Source: Rhina ancylostomus (Eukaryota). From it: a DNA stretch of 64,000 nucleotides. Both the position numbers and the translations under genes were made by a program. Shown in pieces: positions 1 through 12,230 of this stretch. The stretch lies in the NCBI GenBank assembly GCA_030265395.1, contig JARFYF010000084.1, positions 10,699,084 to 10,763,083 on the forward strand. The letters run 5' to 3'. The notes beneath the pieces were generated by a model. That model saw only the letters and a program-made list of their open reading frames with translations, searched no databases and had not been told where the DNA came from. Each line of letters opens with the position of its first letter. Positions within the stretch are counted from its first letter, which is position 1.

Positions 1-171
1 AATGAGGAGCTGTTCCTCCAGTTTGTGCTTGGAATTCTCCCGGCAGTGGAGGAGGCCGAGGACTGACGTATCAGTGACAGTGTGGGAGGGGGAGTCAAAG
101 TGACTGGCAACGGGGAGATGCAGGTCACGGGTACAGACAGAGCACAGGTGTTCTGCGGAACGGTCACCTAG
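1..171 (-). mobile_element. Penelope-like element fragment (GIY-YIG endonuclease C-terminus)
   Basis: The minus strand translates to LGDRSAEHLCSVCTRDLHLPVASHFDSPSHTVTDTSVLGLLHCRENSKHKLEEQLLI, typical of vertebrate PLE endonucleases. Confidence 0.8.
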
Positions 172-740
172 TCAAACAACCTTGGATCTTTTCGTCTGTA
201 CACCTGGTAATTTCTTCCCGTGACCCAGCTCAGAATGGAGTCTGTTTTCAGGACCTGATGTTGGATGTGTGAACGACGTGGCCTGCCCAACATCGGCAAG
301 TGGTATAACCAGGGCCTCAGTACTAGGGACAGGACACTGTTGATGGCTCGCTTCTCCTTCCCGTGAATCTGGAGGGTACAGCAGAGACTGCATTGGCCAA
401 ATACCAGGAGGGGTACCCTCTTTTTAAAGGGAGAAACTGTTTCTGTAAATATACATTTTAACTAATCCATAACATTAAAACTGTGTATGAAGCTAATTGA
501 AGCTGTAGAGCAAAATAAAAAAATATTAATGGCTATAACACAGACAGAAACAGTGGCAAACTCAGTCTGAGCACAGGTCAATCTGCAGCCTCACAGATCC
601 AACACAAACACAATAAATCTTCTTGTCTTCTATGTTCCTTCTCATGGAACTTTTTAAAGCAAAAAAAAATTATTCAATTCAGATTATGGGGATGACACAC
701 ACAGTTAACATCATACTGCAGGATATAAAGATGTTCCTAA

Positions 741-1675
741 CAGTTGTTGGGTCCACAACTGTGCACGATATACGTTAATGATTTGGAAGAGGGGACTGAG
801 TGTAGCGTATCCAAGTTTGCTGATGACACTAAATTGAGTGGAAAAACAAATTGTGCAGAGGATGCAGAGAGTCTGCAGAGAGATATAGATAGCTTAAGTG
901 AGTGGGCAAGGATCTGGCAGATGGAGTACAATGCTGGCAAATGCGAAGTCATCCTCTTTGGAAGGGAAAAATAGAAGATCAGATTATTATTTAAACGGTG
1001 AAAGATTGCAGCATGCTGTTGTGCAGAAGGACTTGGGAGTGCTTGTGCACAAATCGCAAAGGGTTGGTTTGCAGGTACAACAGGTTATCAAGAAGGCAAA
1101 TGGAATGTTGGCCTTCATTGCTGGAGGGATTGAATTTAAGAGCAGGGAGGATATGCTGCAACTGTACAGGGTACTGGTGAGGCTGCACCTCGAGTACTGC
1201 GTGCAGTTCTGGTCTCCTTACTTGAGGAAAGATCTCCTGGCTTTGGAGGCAGTGCAGAGGAGGTTCACCAGGTTGATTCTGGAAATGAGGGGGTTAGTCC
1301 ATGAGGAGAGATTGTGTTGCATAGGTCTGTACTTGCTGGAATTCAGAAGCATGAGAGGGGATATTATAGAAATATGTAAAATTATGAAAGGGATAAATAA
1401 AATAGAGACAGGAAAGTTGTTTCCACTGGTGAGATGGAACTAGGGGACATAGCCTCAAGATTTGGGGGATGGAGATGAGGAGAAACTGCTTTTCCCAGAG
1501 GGTAGTGAGTCTTTGGAATTCTCTGCCCAGGGAAGCAGTAGAAGCTACCTCTGAATATATTTAAGACACAGTTAGATAGTTGAGTCCACAGCCAGATCAG
1601 CCATGAACTTATTGAATGGCAGAGCAGGCTCGATGGGCCAGATGGACGACTCCTGCTTCTGTTTCATGTTCTTTT
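741..1675 (+). mobile_element. CR1-clade LINE 3' fragment (RT C-terminus plus 3'UTR), frameshifted
   Basis: ORFs contain LGPQLCTIYVNDL, SKFADDTKL, LYRVLVRLHLEYCVQFWSPY and VQRRFTRLI, followed by a CR1-type tail. Confidence 0.93.
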
Positions 1676-1859
1676 ATGAAAGTGTTTATAACTCACAGCG
1701 AGGGGTTACCCATGAGATGATAATGTTCTCTTGTGTTCACCACTAGCAGTACCAGGACATAAATTATTTCAGTAGGGTTCTTAAGAGTATTCCAATTACC
1801 AACGCAAATCCAAAACTATTTATGTAAAATTAATCTCTTGTGTGTCTACTCGGGGGCAG

Positions 1860-2110
1860 CAGGCACAGGAGAATGCCAACTTCTGCAAGTTTCCCTCCAT
1901 GTCACACAACAGCCTGGTTTGGAAATGTATCACTGTTCTTTCATTGTAGCTGGCTCTAACTTCTGAAACCCACTGGCCAAAAATATTGTGGATCTTCACC
2001 AACATGACTGCAGAGGTCGAAGATGATTGCTCTTACCATTTTCTGAGAGGCTTGGTTAACAAATAAATGGTTAACAAATGACAGCCCTAGCAGTGACACC
2101 CACATTTAAA
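1860..2110 (+). mobile_element. 3' end of a second CR1/L2-superfamily LINE family (old)
   Basis: Contains tgcaagtttccctcc and a tail ending gacacccacat. The same family recurs at about 27.7k, 28.4k, 41.4k, 47.1-50.3k, 53.6k and 55.2k. Confidence 0.65.
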
Positions 2111-3074
2111 AAAATAGTACTGAACAGGATAACTGCATGAATGAGTACAATTATCAAACTTTGTAAAACCATAATACTGCAATTTGTTTCCAGATGGGTT
2201 GGGTAGACAATTGTTAGGTGAATGCCATCGTGCTACTAGCAAGTCAAAGCAGATTTTACTTGCGACATAGCTGTTGGTAGAAATAAAAACAAACATCTTT
2301 TAGATTGGCCTGCTTGAGGCGTGGGAAGAGTTTCCTGGCTGACTTATTCAGTACCTTTTTATCGTCGTCATGCAGTTGTGTTTGGGAAGCGAACACTTAA
2401 TTTTTTTGGCTCAGGACTGAATTTTGTAATCACAGAATTGAACCAAAGTATATTCACAAGTACTGGCATGGAGACTTAAAAATCTGAAAGAACATGAGCT
2501 TGTATTTTTTTTTGGAAAATTATTCTTTATTGAATTTGTCACAATGCACAGTGTTTTGAACACCAATATTAAATAAAATAGAATTCTTGTTAACTCCTAT
2601 GCCTGGATCTGCAATGTATCTGCAACACCAGATCATTTTACCCAAGATTATAAAGGTGCTACTCTTCAGCCTCCTTTAATGTACATCTGAAGTACTGGCA
2701 CCTTGAACTGCTTACTACTACTGTAAACAAATTAAACACCCACAATCATCACATTTAATAGCAACAAGTTCTCAAGTCTTATTCACCAGTTATTGCATTT
2801 GTCTGCTGTATTGAAGCATTCACACTTATGAAGTGCAGTGTTTGATCTATGCCATGCCGGGGCAAACCCCCTTGAATTAATTTGTGGAATAGCGGCACAC
2901 AATGCAACAGCACTCTCTATCAGAGTACATCCACACCCTTCCTACTCTGGTCAACTGCAAACATTGTTTAACAAGGAAAAATGGGCAACTGTGAAAAACA
3001 GTAAAACAAAAAGTACTTTCCCAAAACTGATGGTTACAATCCATATGTTAATGGTTCCTGGGATAACGGATTAG

Positions 3075-3425
3075 TTTCTTTAGGACAGAAGGCTGGAAGA
3101 AGTTTGACAGAGATATTAAAATTCTTGAATTATATTGAGATTAGAGCAATAAATTGATTCCAGAGACTGAAGAGTCTATATTTAGAGGGCACAGGTTTAA
3201 GTTGATTGGCAAAATAATCAGGAGACAATAGGAAAATTTTTTTAATATAATGAGTGGTTATCATATAGAAGGTATTGCTTGACAGGGCGGTGGAGACAAA
3301 CAACTATTATTTTAGAAGTTATTTGAATAAATACTTGAAGGGATAAAAAATTGCAGAGGCATGATGAAAAAATTGTTGCAGACTCAGTGGGTCAAATTGT
3401 GCTTCCCATGCTGTACTATTCAAAT
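3075..3425 (+). mobile_element. Degenerate CR1 LINE 3' fragment
   Basis: agagggcacaggtttaag and the tail gtgcttcccatgctgtactattc resemble the other CR1 3' ends in the window. Confidence 0.65.
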
Positions 3426-4565
3426 CTTTGTGGTCGTAATATTCATCAGTACATGGAACTACAGTTTAGATGGAAAGATTCAGTCAGTTATTCCACTTGA
3501 TTATTGTTTCCTTGTGTAACACAGAGAATAACAAGGATCCATATCCTGTCATTTGCTGGCAGCTATTGTTATGGTAGTCTGGGAATAGATTATCAGTCTA
3601 TTTTTTTGTATCAACATATGCATAGACTGAAAGAAATCAGAAAATGAGTCCCAACCAGTGGTTAATGAATTATGTGCTTGAAATCTGCTCCCACATGCTT
3701 ACTATTGCAAATGCTTTTCTGTAATTTGTTGCACTCCATTTATCAAACTCTGCATCTTGATATACTTGCTAAGTATAGTGTGTTGAAACTATTACTGATG
3801 TTAAGTTGCCCTTACTTATTAACAATTTCTACCTCTATTTATAAAGTGAATGTAATGTAGAAAAATAGTCACAAGATGCTTTACAGATTGCCACATGGGA
3901 AATAAACACCAAAACTGAAGTAAGAGTGGTAGGTGATCAAAACATTGTGAAAGAAATGAATTCCATGGAAGTTAATTTTTTTAAAAAAAGATGTGAATGG
4001 AGAGTTGTAGTTTGGGATGGCATTTTCAGAGGCTATTAGTCCAGTGGCTATGGTCTCTTCTACCACTAGCAGGGAGGAAAGTAGCAGGGGAAAATCATGA
4101 AAATTTACAGTACCCAAAGAAATCATTGCCTGCTGTGACCATAGCAACCAAAATTGGACTCTTGGTTAAAACCAGCTTCCAAGCCCTTGCCCCATAGTCC
4201 TGAAGGTTATGAGTCTTTAAGTTAGATTTTAAATCTACATTTCTTGAACGTGGCGAAAGAGATACAGAACTAGCTGGAGTTGAGAGGAGGAAAATTGAAA
4301 GGTTGACTTGAAACTTAAACTTACATGCATTTCTTCCGAGTGTGCAAATAGCAGTTGAAATTTCAATTGAAACTCCTTTCAAAATACATTCGTTACAACC
4401 TTTACATCCATAAAGTGTCATTTTGTAAATCACATTGGGCAAGCTGTGTTGAATTAGTATGAATTCTATTTTTTACCTGCAGCAAACAGCATTCATGGCC
4501 ATGAAATTGCAAGTAACATAGATTGTCTCTCATTAATGAGTCACACTTATACCAGAAAGCAAATA

Positions 4566-5121
4566 CAGGTTGAAACACTATCATCTAACACCCTTGGGAC
4601 CTGACCAGAAATTGCCCCCGATCATCTTGCTCTGAGCAGGAGAACTGTTCTTTTTAAGTAGATGTCACCTCCAGGTTACAGCAGAGTTCTATTACTGTGA
4701 AATGTTCGTAACCCAAACAGTTCGCAAGTCAGAAATGTGGCCACTAACTGAGGTTCCCAGTTGGCAGACAATGCCTGCAGCCCTGCAGCAGCTGGCAACT
4801 CCATCCCCATCCATCCCGCCAGTCTCCCAAATGCTCAACTCCTGTGTGCACATAAGTCGGATATTTGTAAGCTAGGAAGGACCTGTATGGTGGGAAAGTT
4901 GCGGGAAATTGAAATTGGAAGATTCTGAGAACTGTCCATAACCCAAAGTTTCTGTAAATCGGAAATGCTGTCGGCTGAAATTACAAAAGTAGCCACAGAT
5001 TAATACTAGATTTTAGATCTTAGTTAGATTTTTAGTTAGAATTAGTTAATCAATACAGATCTATATTACAGATTCAAAACATGCCAGACCACAGGATGCT
5101 GGATTCAACAGTTTCAACCTG
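4566..5121. mobile_element. Tc1/mariner (Tigger-like) MITE with perfect 11-bp TIRs
   Basis: TA|CAGGTTGAAAC ... GTTTCAACCTG|TA, with TA target duplication at 4564-65 and 5122-23. Confidence 0.75.
4661..4885. mobile_element. Second Tigger-like MITE nested inside the previous one
   Basis: TA-flanked, ends gtaagctaggaaggacctg|TA, and is homologous along its length to 28969-29175. Confidence 0.7.
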
Positions 5122-7149
5122 TAATCCCATAATCTGGAAAATTCATATGAACATTAGTANNNNNNNNNNNNNNNNNNNNNNNNNNNNATTGTAATTGTGA
5201 AACCTCAAAGAATTATTGATCATGCATTAATCCACATTGTCACATGATTTCTCCAGAACACGATTTTAATCCTACAAACTTTGCAGTATCAGCCTGATTG
5301 TATAAACTCAAGAATAAAAATTCATCTTTTCTCCAGGTATTTTCATTTCTCATTTGTATTTAAATATCAATTCTCATTTCTTTCACTTACTTCATTTGAT
5401 TGCTTTTAGCATTGTACTTATTTCTGTTTCTATGTGTTCAAATCTATTTGAGTAATATAGCTGTGTAGCATGGAAACAGGCCCTTTGGCCCACTACTGTT
5501 AGATCTAATATTCTCCGTTTGATTCATCAACATAAACTATAAGGATATATACATGCTTATCACATTGCGAGTTTTTCTAGGCTTAAGAAAATCCTTTGGA
5601 TTGAAATGATCAGGGTGAACAACCCAAGTTTTCAATGTCATTTCTTTCGTTCTTTATAAATGTCCTGTTCACCCGCATGTGATCAGGGGGTCCATGCAGA
5701 TCCAAGAAGCCTCTGGGCTTCATCGGTGCCAAATTAGTTCATCATTATTTCTTTACTAATGGTTAAACAGTTCTCTTAATTCCAAGTGATTTCTTGCTTT
5801 GAATCTAATTCAACACAAATTGTTATATGTATCACACTGGTGTATGAGCAATCCTATAAACTCTCAGCAGCTTTGGCTGGGGGGGGATGGGGGTTGGTGT
5901 CAATTGGTAATATCAAAAAAACACACCATGGTTGGTAGATTTTTGTTGGGCAAGGGGATCCAGGGTTGTGGGTGACATTCAGATGGAGATCAGATGCAAA
6001 CAAATTAAATGATGGAATAGGATTGAGGGGAGACTAAATGGGCTTTTCCAGTCCTATGTCCCTGGCACCTGTAATCTTCAGGGCTGCTGTGGCATTGTGT
6101 AAATTCTATCCTCTCTTTAATAGTGGATTGGAGTGGAAATTTGTCCCTGGCTACACAAATTCCTCATGCAATTATCTGATCATTTTGTTGGCAGTTCAGC
6201 TGATCCTATCTTCCCATAAAATTACTGACAAGATGTCATTGCATAATGCCCTATGCAATCTTCTCAGTACAGGAAAGCACCTGAAAGTCAACCAACTCCT
6301 CCTCTTGTGACTGACATCAAACATTCTGCATTGGGTGTCTTGAAAATGTAGTTTTACCAATGTGCTAAATAACCATGCTATTATTTTTATATAATTTGTT
6401 TTGTAATTTTCTGCAAGGGAATCCTGAAGGGATCAAATCAGTCCCTGGTGGGACACAGTGCTATGGCACTGAATACTTTTCCTTCTCCAATTGGTCAATA
6501 CACAGGTGTCAGTTTTCAATGAGTCTTTTCCTACTCAGCACATTTCACATTTATAACAGTTGCATTAAACCATAGGGCAATCAGCAGACTCAATGGAAGA
6601 CGCTAATGCACGGCTGAGAGTGGGAGTAAGCTGCAACAGTCACAAGCCTTAAGTTTGCTGAGGGGTTCCTTCCGGAATTTCATGGAGTTCTGAATAATGC
6701 CTTAAAAATGAAAGAGAGAAAGTGGACTTAGATACACATCGTTGCTGTTAAAAGATATATCTCCCATCAAGAACAAAATAACAGTTAAAAATGATAGGTG
6801 CTACAATTTAATCCATTAGGTCTGTGATGGACATTTTGAAGCTAATTTTTCCTTTCAATCCCACTTACTTTTCATCCTAAAATATTTATCTAAAGGTCAT
6901 GACACATTTGATTCAAACAACCATCCCTGGTGATGGATTCAATAATGACCACTACAGAAAAATATTTTCTTATGCTTCCAGATTGAATATAACATTTATG
7001 CTGCCTTGCTAATAGATATCTGATCAGAGGAGTAATGGGGCCCAATATTTAAATGATGAATGTTGTGAAGTGAATGGTGAGTCTAAAATCCTCAGGGCAT
7101 GGAGGACCCATTAATATTAACACCATCAGCACATTATGGATTCAAGATC

Positions 7150-7468
7150 ATAAGTGGTTAAATTTCTGGACTAGTACCCAGAACGTGGACTGTTGAACTG
7201 GGGACATGTTTGAATCCCAAGACAAAAAAATTCAAATTCCAGTAAATCTGGATTTGAAAGTGTCACTAATAGTGACTAAACTATCAGATGGTCATATAAA
7301 ACAAAAAAAACTGGGTCACTAATGTTGTTCAAGGGAGGAATTCTACCATCCTACATACTACACCAGAGCTATTGCAGTACTGTTGATTTTTAAGTGAAAT
7401 AGCCTTGCAAACCAGGCAATTCAGGGATTAGAGGTTTGTGCTGACATAGCCAATGACGCCCACATCTC
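7150..7468 (+). mobile_element. tRNA-derived SINE sharing its 3' tail with the second LINE family
   Basis: tRNA-like head (gtggtt...ggactagta...gtttgaatccc), core ctgggtcactaatg...agggaggaa, tail gccaatgacgcccacatc. A related copy lies at about 44310-44595. Confidence 0.65.
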
Positions 7469-8074
7469 TCTCTCTGACAGCCCGCCTGATTAATAGGCTG
7501 GCCAGCTGCTGGCCAGGAAAGGAAGCTGTAGCCAGAATTCAGGAGGAAGTGATCAGGGCTTGACACATGGGATCTGATTGCACAGATAAAGTCTGAACTC
7601 AGTGTGATAATGAAACATCAGCTTGGATTTGCTTGGCTCAAACAAGGAATATGGATCAACTTGGTGGTTTGTTCTGAGATGCTTCATTTTAAACCTCCAC
7701 CCCTTACTCCTCTCTTGCCCCAGTGGGGGAGGGAATTGAGGTCTTTATTTCACATTCAAAAATTTAAATAACTCAGATTCCCTCTTGCAGTTCAATGTTC
7801 CATATTTGTCACTAGTAAATGCCAAGTAGTTCTCAATTCTTTCTGAAGCCTGACACTTCCAATCTACTATTTCCATAAATTCATGCATGTTCTTCTGTTC
7901 TGACGTATTACCTGCACCTCCACCTCATGCAGACAACACAAGGAATAGCCGTAAAATGATTCAAGAAGGAAAGAAAGAATGAGGAAAGTGATTTCTTCAA
8001 GCACGATTAAAAACGTAATAGTCTGAAGAAGAGGGAGAATCCAGTACAAATACTCTTATCCAAAGATTCCTCTC

Positions 8075-8310
8075 TTCACTTCGCCGCTGTCAGTAAGGAG
8101 TTTGTAGGTTCTCCCCATGTCTGTGTGGGTTTCCTCTAGGTACTTCNNNNNNNNNNNNNNNNNNNNNNNNNNNNNNNNNNNNNNNNNNNNNNNNNNNNNN
8201 NNNNNNNNNNNNGACGTGTGGCAACACTTGCAGGCTGCCCCCAGCATACTACGCAAAAGATGCATTTCACTGTGTGTTTTGATGTACATGTGACTAATAA
8301 AGATACCTTA
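8075..8310 (+). mobile_element. V-domain tRNA SINE (HE1-like), 5'-truncated, tail type A
   Basis: Core gtaaggagtttgta...ttctcccc...gtgggtttcctc; tail gcatttcactgtgtgttttgatgtacatgtgactaataaa. Confidence 0.8.
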
Positions 8311-8724
8311 TCCTTGCCTTCATCAGAAGCCTCAGAATGGAAGAAATTAACGGTCAACAACAGAGATGATAGCCCTACAATAAAATTCCATTAATCTGAC
8401 ACTCTTGGGACCGTGGTGGTGTTGGATCAGAGGATTTTGCAGACCATTGCATTTCATTCCAATTAATACTCCAACACACTTTTAGTTCACTTTAAACAAA
8501 AGATGTAACACAGTAATGTAATAAATTTTCAAGCCAGCCCGATAAGTCTAAAGTTTCAGGTTGTTGGCTTTTCGTCGGAACTGGAGATGCAGAGAAAGGT
8601 GGATGGAAGGGGAGGTGGTGGGGTCGGGGACAAGGAACTCAGAACAAAATGTGGAAGGCAGGGAGAGATTAAATGACAAGAGGGAAGGTAGTGCAAGGGA
8701 AAAGGCAAGTGAAAAAAGGCAGGA

Positions 8725-9385
8725 TGGATTCCCTGAAAGTGGTGTCATGGGTTCACAGGGTGGTGAAGAAGGCTTTTAGCATGTTGGCCTTCATCCATCA
8801 GGGCACTGAGTATGGGAGTTGGGATGTTACATTGCAGTTGTACAAGACATTGGTGAGGCCACATTTGAAATATTGTGTTCAGTTTTGGTCACCCTGCTAT
8901 AGGAGAAATGCCATTAAGCTGGAAAGAGTGCAGAGGAGATTTACGAGGATGTTGCCGGGCTGTGAGGGACTGAGTTATGGAGCAGGTTGGGATTTTATTC
9001 ATTGGAGAATGAGGGGTGATCTTATAGAGGTGCATAAAATCATGAGGGGCATAGATGAGGGGCAATCATAGGGTGAATGCTCACAATCTTTTTCCCATGG
9101 TTGGGGAATCAACAGCTTGAGGACATGGATGAGAGGGGAAAGATTTTATAGGAACCTAAGGGGCAACTTTTTCACCCAGAGGGTGAGTTAGTACATGGAA
9201 TGAGCTGTCAGAGGAAGTGATTGAGGAAAGAACATTAACAGCATTTAAAATGCACTTTGATGGGTACATGGATAGGAAAGTTTTAGAGGGAATATGGGCC
9301 AAACGTGGGCAAATCGGACTAGATTAGATGGGAATCTTGCTCAGCATGGACCAGTTGGCCTGCTTTCGTACTGTATGACTCTGAT
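8725..9385 (+). mobile_element. CR1 LINE 3' fragment
   Basis: LYKTLVRPHLKYCVQFWSPCY, LERVQRRFTRMLPG and MRGDLIEVHKIMRGID, with tail ctgtatgactct. Confidence 0.92.
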
Positions 9386-10648
9386 TGAGAGGGTGTGTGA
9401 ATAGCAACAGCAGAATATACTGACAATAAAATGGCTGGAGGAATTTCACATAAAAAAGTGAGATTTGGGTTGTGATACAGATTAAGGAAAATTTAGTGAG
9501 AGGTATAGGGACAAATAGAAATTTGGAGCAGGCTTTGTATGTTGTGGAAAGCTATTAGAATATAATTTTGAAAGGTACTTTGGGAAAGGGCTAGCCACCA
9601 AGTCTCATTGCATTAGCCAGCAGTGTCTCTTAGACATTCACTGAAACTATAATATTAATCTATTATTAGAACACTTTCTCCTCTTCTACATCAATGAATA
9701 GTAATGCTTCCTCAGGCGCGAGGCCTTTCAGTCTCACACAAAAGAGTTAACAACAGATGAAATCAAGATCTTTATATTATCTGATGTTAGGCTTTGATTC
9801 TCCAGTTTACTTAAGCACAGAGCCTTGTTTGAACTCTGATTTGGCACAAGAATTTGGTGTGCTTGTAATAGATTCCCTGCAAATCAAAATACATTTTCAC
9901 TTTTAAAATAATATTTAAAAAAAGGCAATTTATCAGCTGCCAAAGACCTACCACCACAGATGGCACAGTAAAATGCTGTATCTGCTGCAGGATCCTCTTG
10001 TTGCTCAAACAATAGCAGGTGTAGCACCAATTAACGACAATATTCTCTTCAGTTAGTAGAATAAACATCTTCCTTTACCATTGTCTGCAGGAATCCTGCA
10101 TCAAATGTCTCAGGTGAAGTCTCAATCCTGTTTGTAGTGTGCACATGTCTGTAGCACAAAGCTTCTTGCGCACTAACTGGCAATTACAGACAGGACAATG
10201 GGTATGGAAATCAAATACATTACTGTGGTTTAGAAGGGTTATGAGGCTGGTGTCAAGGCACATTTCAGGCTGGTAATTTATCAGGGCTCACTGAATAGAA
10301 ATGTCATAACATGGCTTGTGTTAACTGTCCAAGACCTTCTGACAAACCATGATAAAGCACCTGTCTGACTACATATCTGAGCAGACATTTTTTGCCAACG
10401 CAAACACTGGTGCCATGCAACACTGTTCGTTACATTTTAAGTCAATGAATTCAACGTGCTTCACTCATAAATGATTGTTGATGACAATGAATAAACAAAA
10501 GCATCCAGGCACTGCAGTTTGGTGAGTGAAGGGATGCTGAAAAGCATTTTGTTCCTGTGCTTCAGGGTCAAAGGAAGTGGACAGAACAGTGAAACAAACT
10601 GCCTTTTCTGGGTCACTGTATCATCTACACCAGTGAATATCTGTGAGC

Positions 10649-11053
10649 TCATAGGTTTTTAAGAGATTTGTCACTTAAGGCAGCCTGAATAAGTTCTGGT
10701 TCCTTGTCACTAGGCAAAAGATTTTTCTCTCTCAGCTCCACGAGAAGGTTGCTGATCCCTCTCCACTTCTTGACTACACGACGTTCCCGTTGCCTGCTGA
10801 TCTTTATTTGCTGTCTGAGGTAATCCACTTCATCTTGCAACTGGAATATCTTCCTCTTGGCTACAACAGGATTTGCCAAACAGTAACTGTGCTCTTGGAA
10901 CACTTCCTTGATGCTGCTACTTTGGGTGCTGGTACTACTACTTGTGCTAGTGCTAATGCTAGTGTTACTGCCAGTGCTAGTAAAGGACTTGGATGGGGTT
11001 TGCTGGTTACTGATGCCCATAGAAGTCAGGGGGGATTTTCTGCCTGCTAACTT
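10649..11053 (-). CDS. THAP2: THAP2 coding exon 3 (linker, EHSY HCF-1-binding motif, coiled coil, stop)
   Basis: Acceptor ttttttttttgcag|AAG is phase 0; 134 codons to the stop. EHSY at 10894-10883 is followed by NPVVAKRKIFQLQDEVDYLRQQIKISRQRERR, similar to the recalled human THAP2 segment [31 protein letters not shown]. Total CDS is 669 nt = 222 aa plus stop. Confidence 0.92.
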   Translation of the reverse strand, partial: KLAGRKSPLTSMGISNQQTPSKSFTSTGSNTSISTSTSSSTSTQSSSIKEVFQEHSYCLANPVVAKRKIFQLQDEVDYLRQQIKISRQRERRVVKKWRGISNLLVELREKNLLPSDKEPELIQAALSDKSLKNL

Positions 11054-11249
11054 CTGCAAAAAAAAATCAAAAATTACCAACAGTGTTATACAAATGTCAA
11101 CATACTATTAAGTCATGGTTGTTAACCAAAATCAAACCCAATCCAATCCTTATTCCATGTAGACAACCCTGCCCTCACTCCATTGGAGATAGTCCCTTTG
11201 TCCTGTTCATTTCTTTCCTGGCCCTTCTGCAACTTAACACTAATGTTTG

Positions 11250-11367
11250 GTGTTCTGATGATGGGTCTTTAATCTGAAACGTTAATACTCTCTTTCCACA
11301 GATGCTGCCTGATCCGCTGATGCTTCTCAGTATTTTCTGATTATATTTCAGATTTCCAGCATCTGCA
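11250..11367 (+). mobile_element. Penelope-type terminal repeat with minimal hammerhead-like motif
   Basis: CTGATGA-N14-GAAAC GTT followed by tccacagatgctgcctga...gatttccagcatctgca, a repeat found several times in the window. Confidence 0.65.
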
Positions 11368-11959
11368 CTTCTTCCATTTTCTAATCCTACTTGTGACAGG
11401 CAGGTAAGTGCAGAGATCTTGGAGTGGGGTAGGGAGTGGAGTGACAGAGGAAAATGGACGGAGAAAGGGACAGGAGTGTAGAGAAATGGAGGAGAGAGAG
11501 GACAGTGCAATGGAGGAGAGGGAATATGATGAGAAGTCAGAGAGTGATGGATGTGCAGGAGAGAAGAGAAAGCACCAGTCTTCACACCTTCTTAATGATA
11601 ATCAGAGTGACATTGAAAAAAATTGAACAATTGTTCAAGCTATCCAATTAAAATTTATCTTAGTGTTTTGATTATTTCCAATTAATTCCTTGTCTCTATA
11701 GCTTCTATAACCTCTTGCTTCCTCTCTTTTGGAATTTTCGTAGTACCTTCTACACCATGTACTTCGTTCCATTTACAAAAAGGATCAATTTTGCTAATAA
11801 GACACAAGGAACACATTACTTCTGTAAAATGAAACATTTTAGAGAACTGAGCACTTAGCTTCCAATAATAATAAAAATAAAAAGGACGATGCTTTCAATT
11901 TTAAAAGCTTATTGGGAAGAAGTTTATCATTGATCTCAGTAAACACAACTTTCTTATAC

Positions 11960-12230
11960 AGTTTGACAGGGTAGATATGGAGTTGATAATTCCCCTGTCT
12001 GGGTTCTCAAATGAGAAGAAATGAGGGTAGCAGATTTTCATATGCAAAAGAACTGTTGAGGCTCAATTGCTGAGCATTCTCAGGACAGAGATCAATAGAT
12101 CTTGACACTAAGGGAATCAAGGGATATGATATTAATGCAGAAAAGTGGCACTGAGATTAAAAGGTCAGCCATGATCTACCGAATGGCAGAGGGGCTAAGT
12201 ATTCTGCTTCTGTTTGCTATGTCTTTGTGT
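11960..12230 (+). mobile_element. Degenerate CR1 3' fragment
   Basis: gacagggtagat...aagggaatcaagggatatg...cagccatgatct...gaatggcagag. Confidence 0.7.

Noticed and set aside
898-1443. 181-aa ORF as a host gene
   Set aside because: It is the CR1 ORF2 C-terminus, frameshifted and 5'-truncated.
10790-11111. Plus-strand ORFs with a hydrophobic LLVLVL run resembling a signal or transmembrane peptide
   Set aside because: Antisense shadow of the Ser/Thr repeat in THAP2 exon 3.
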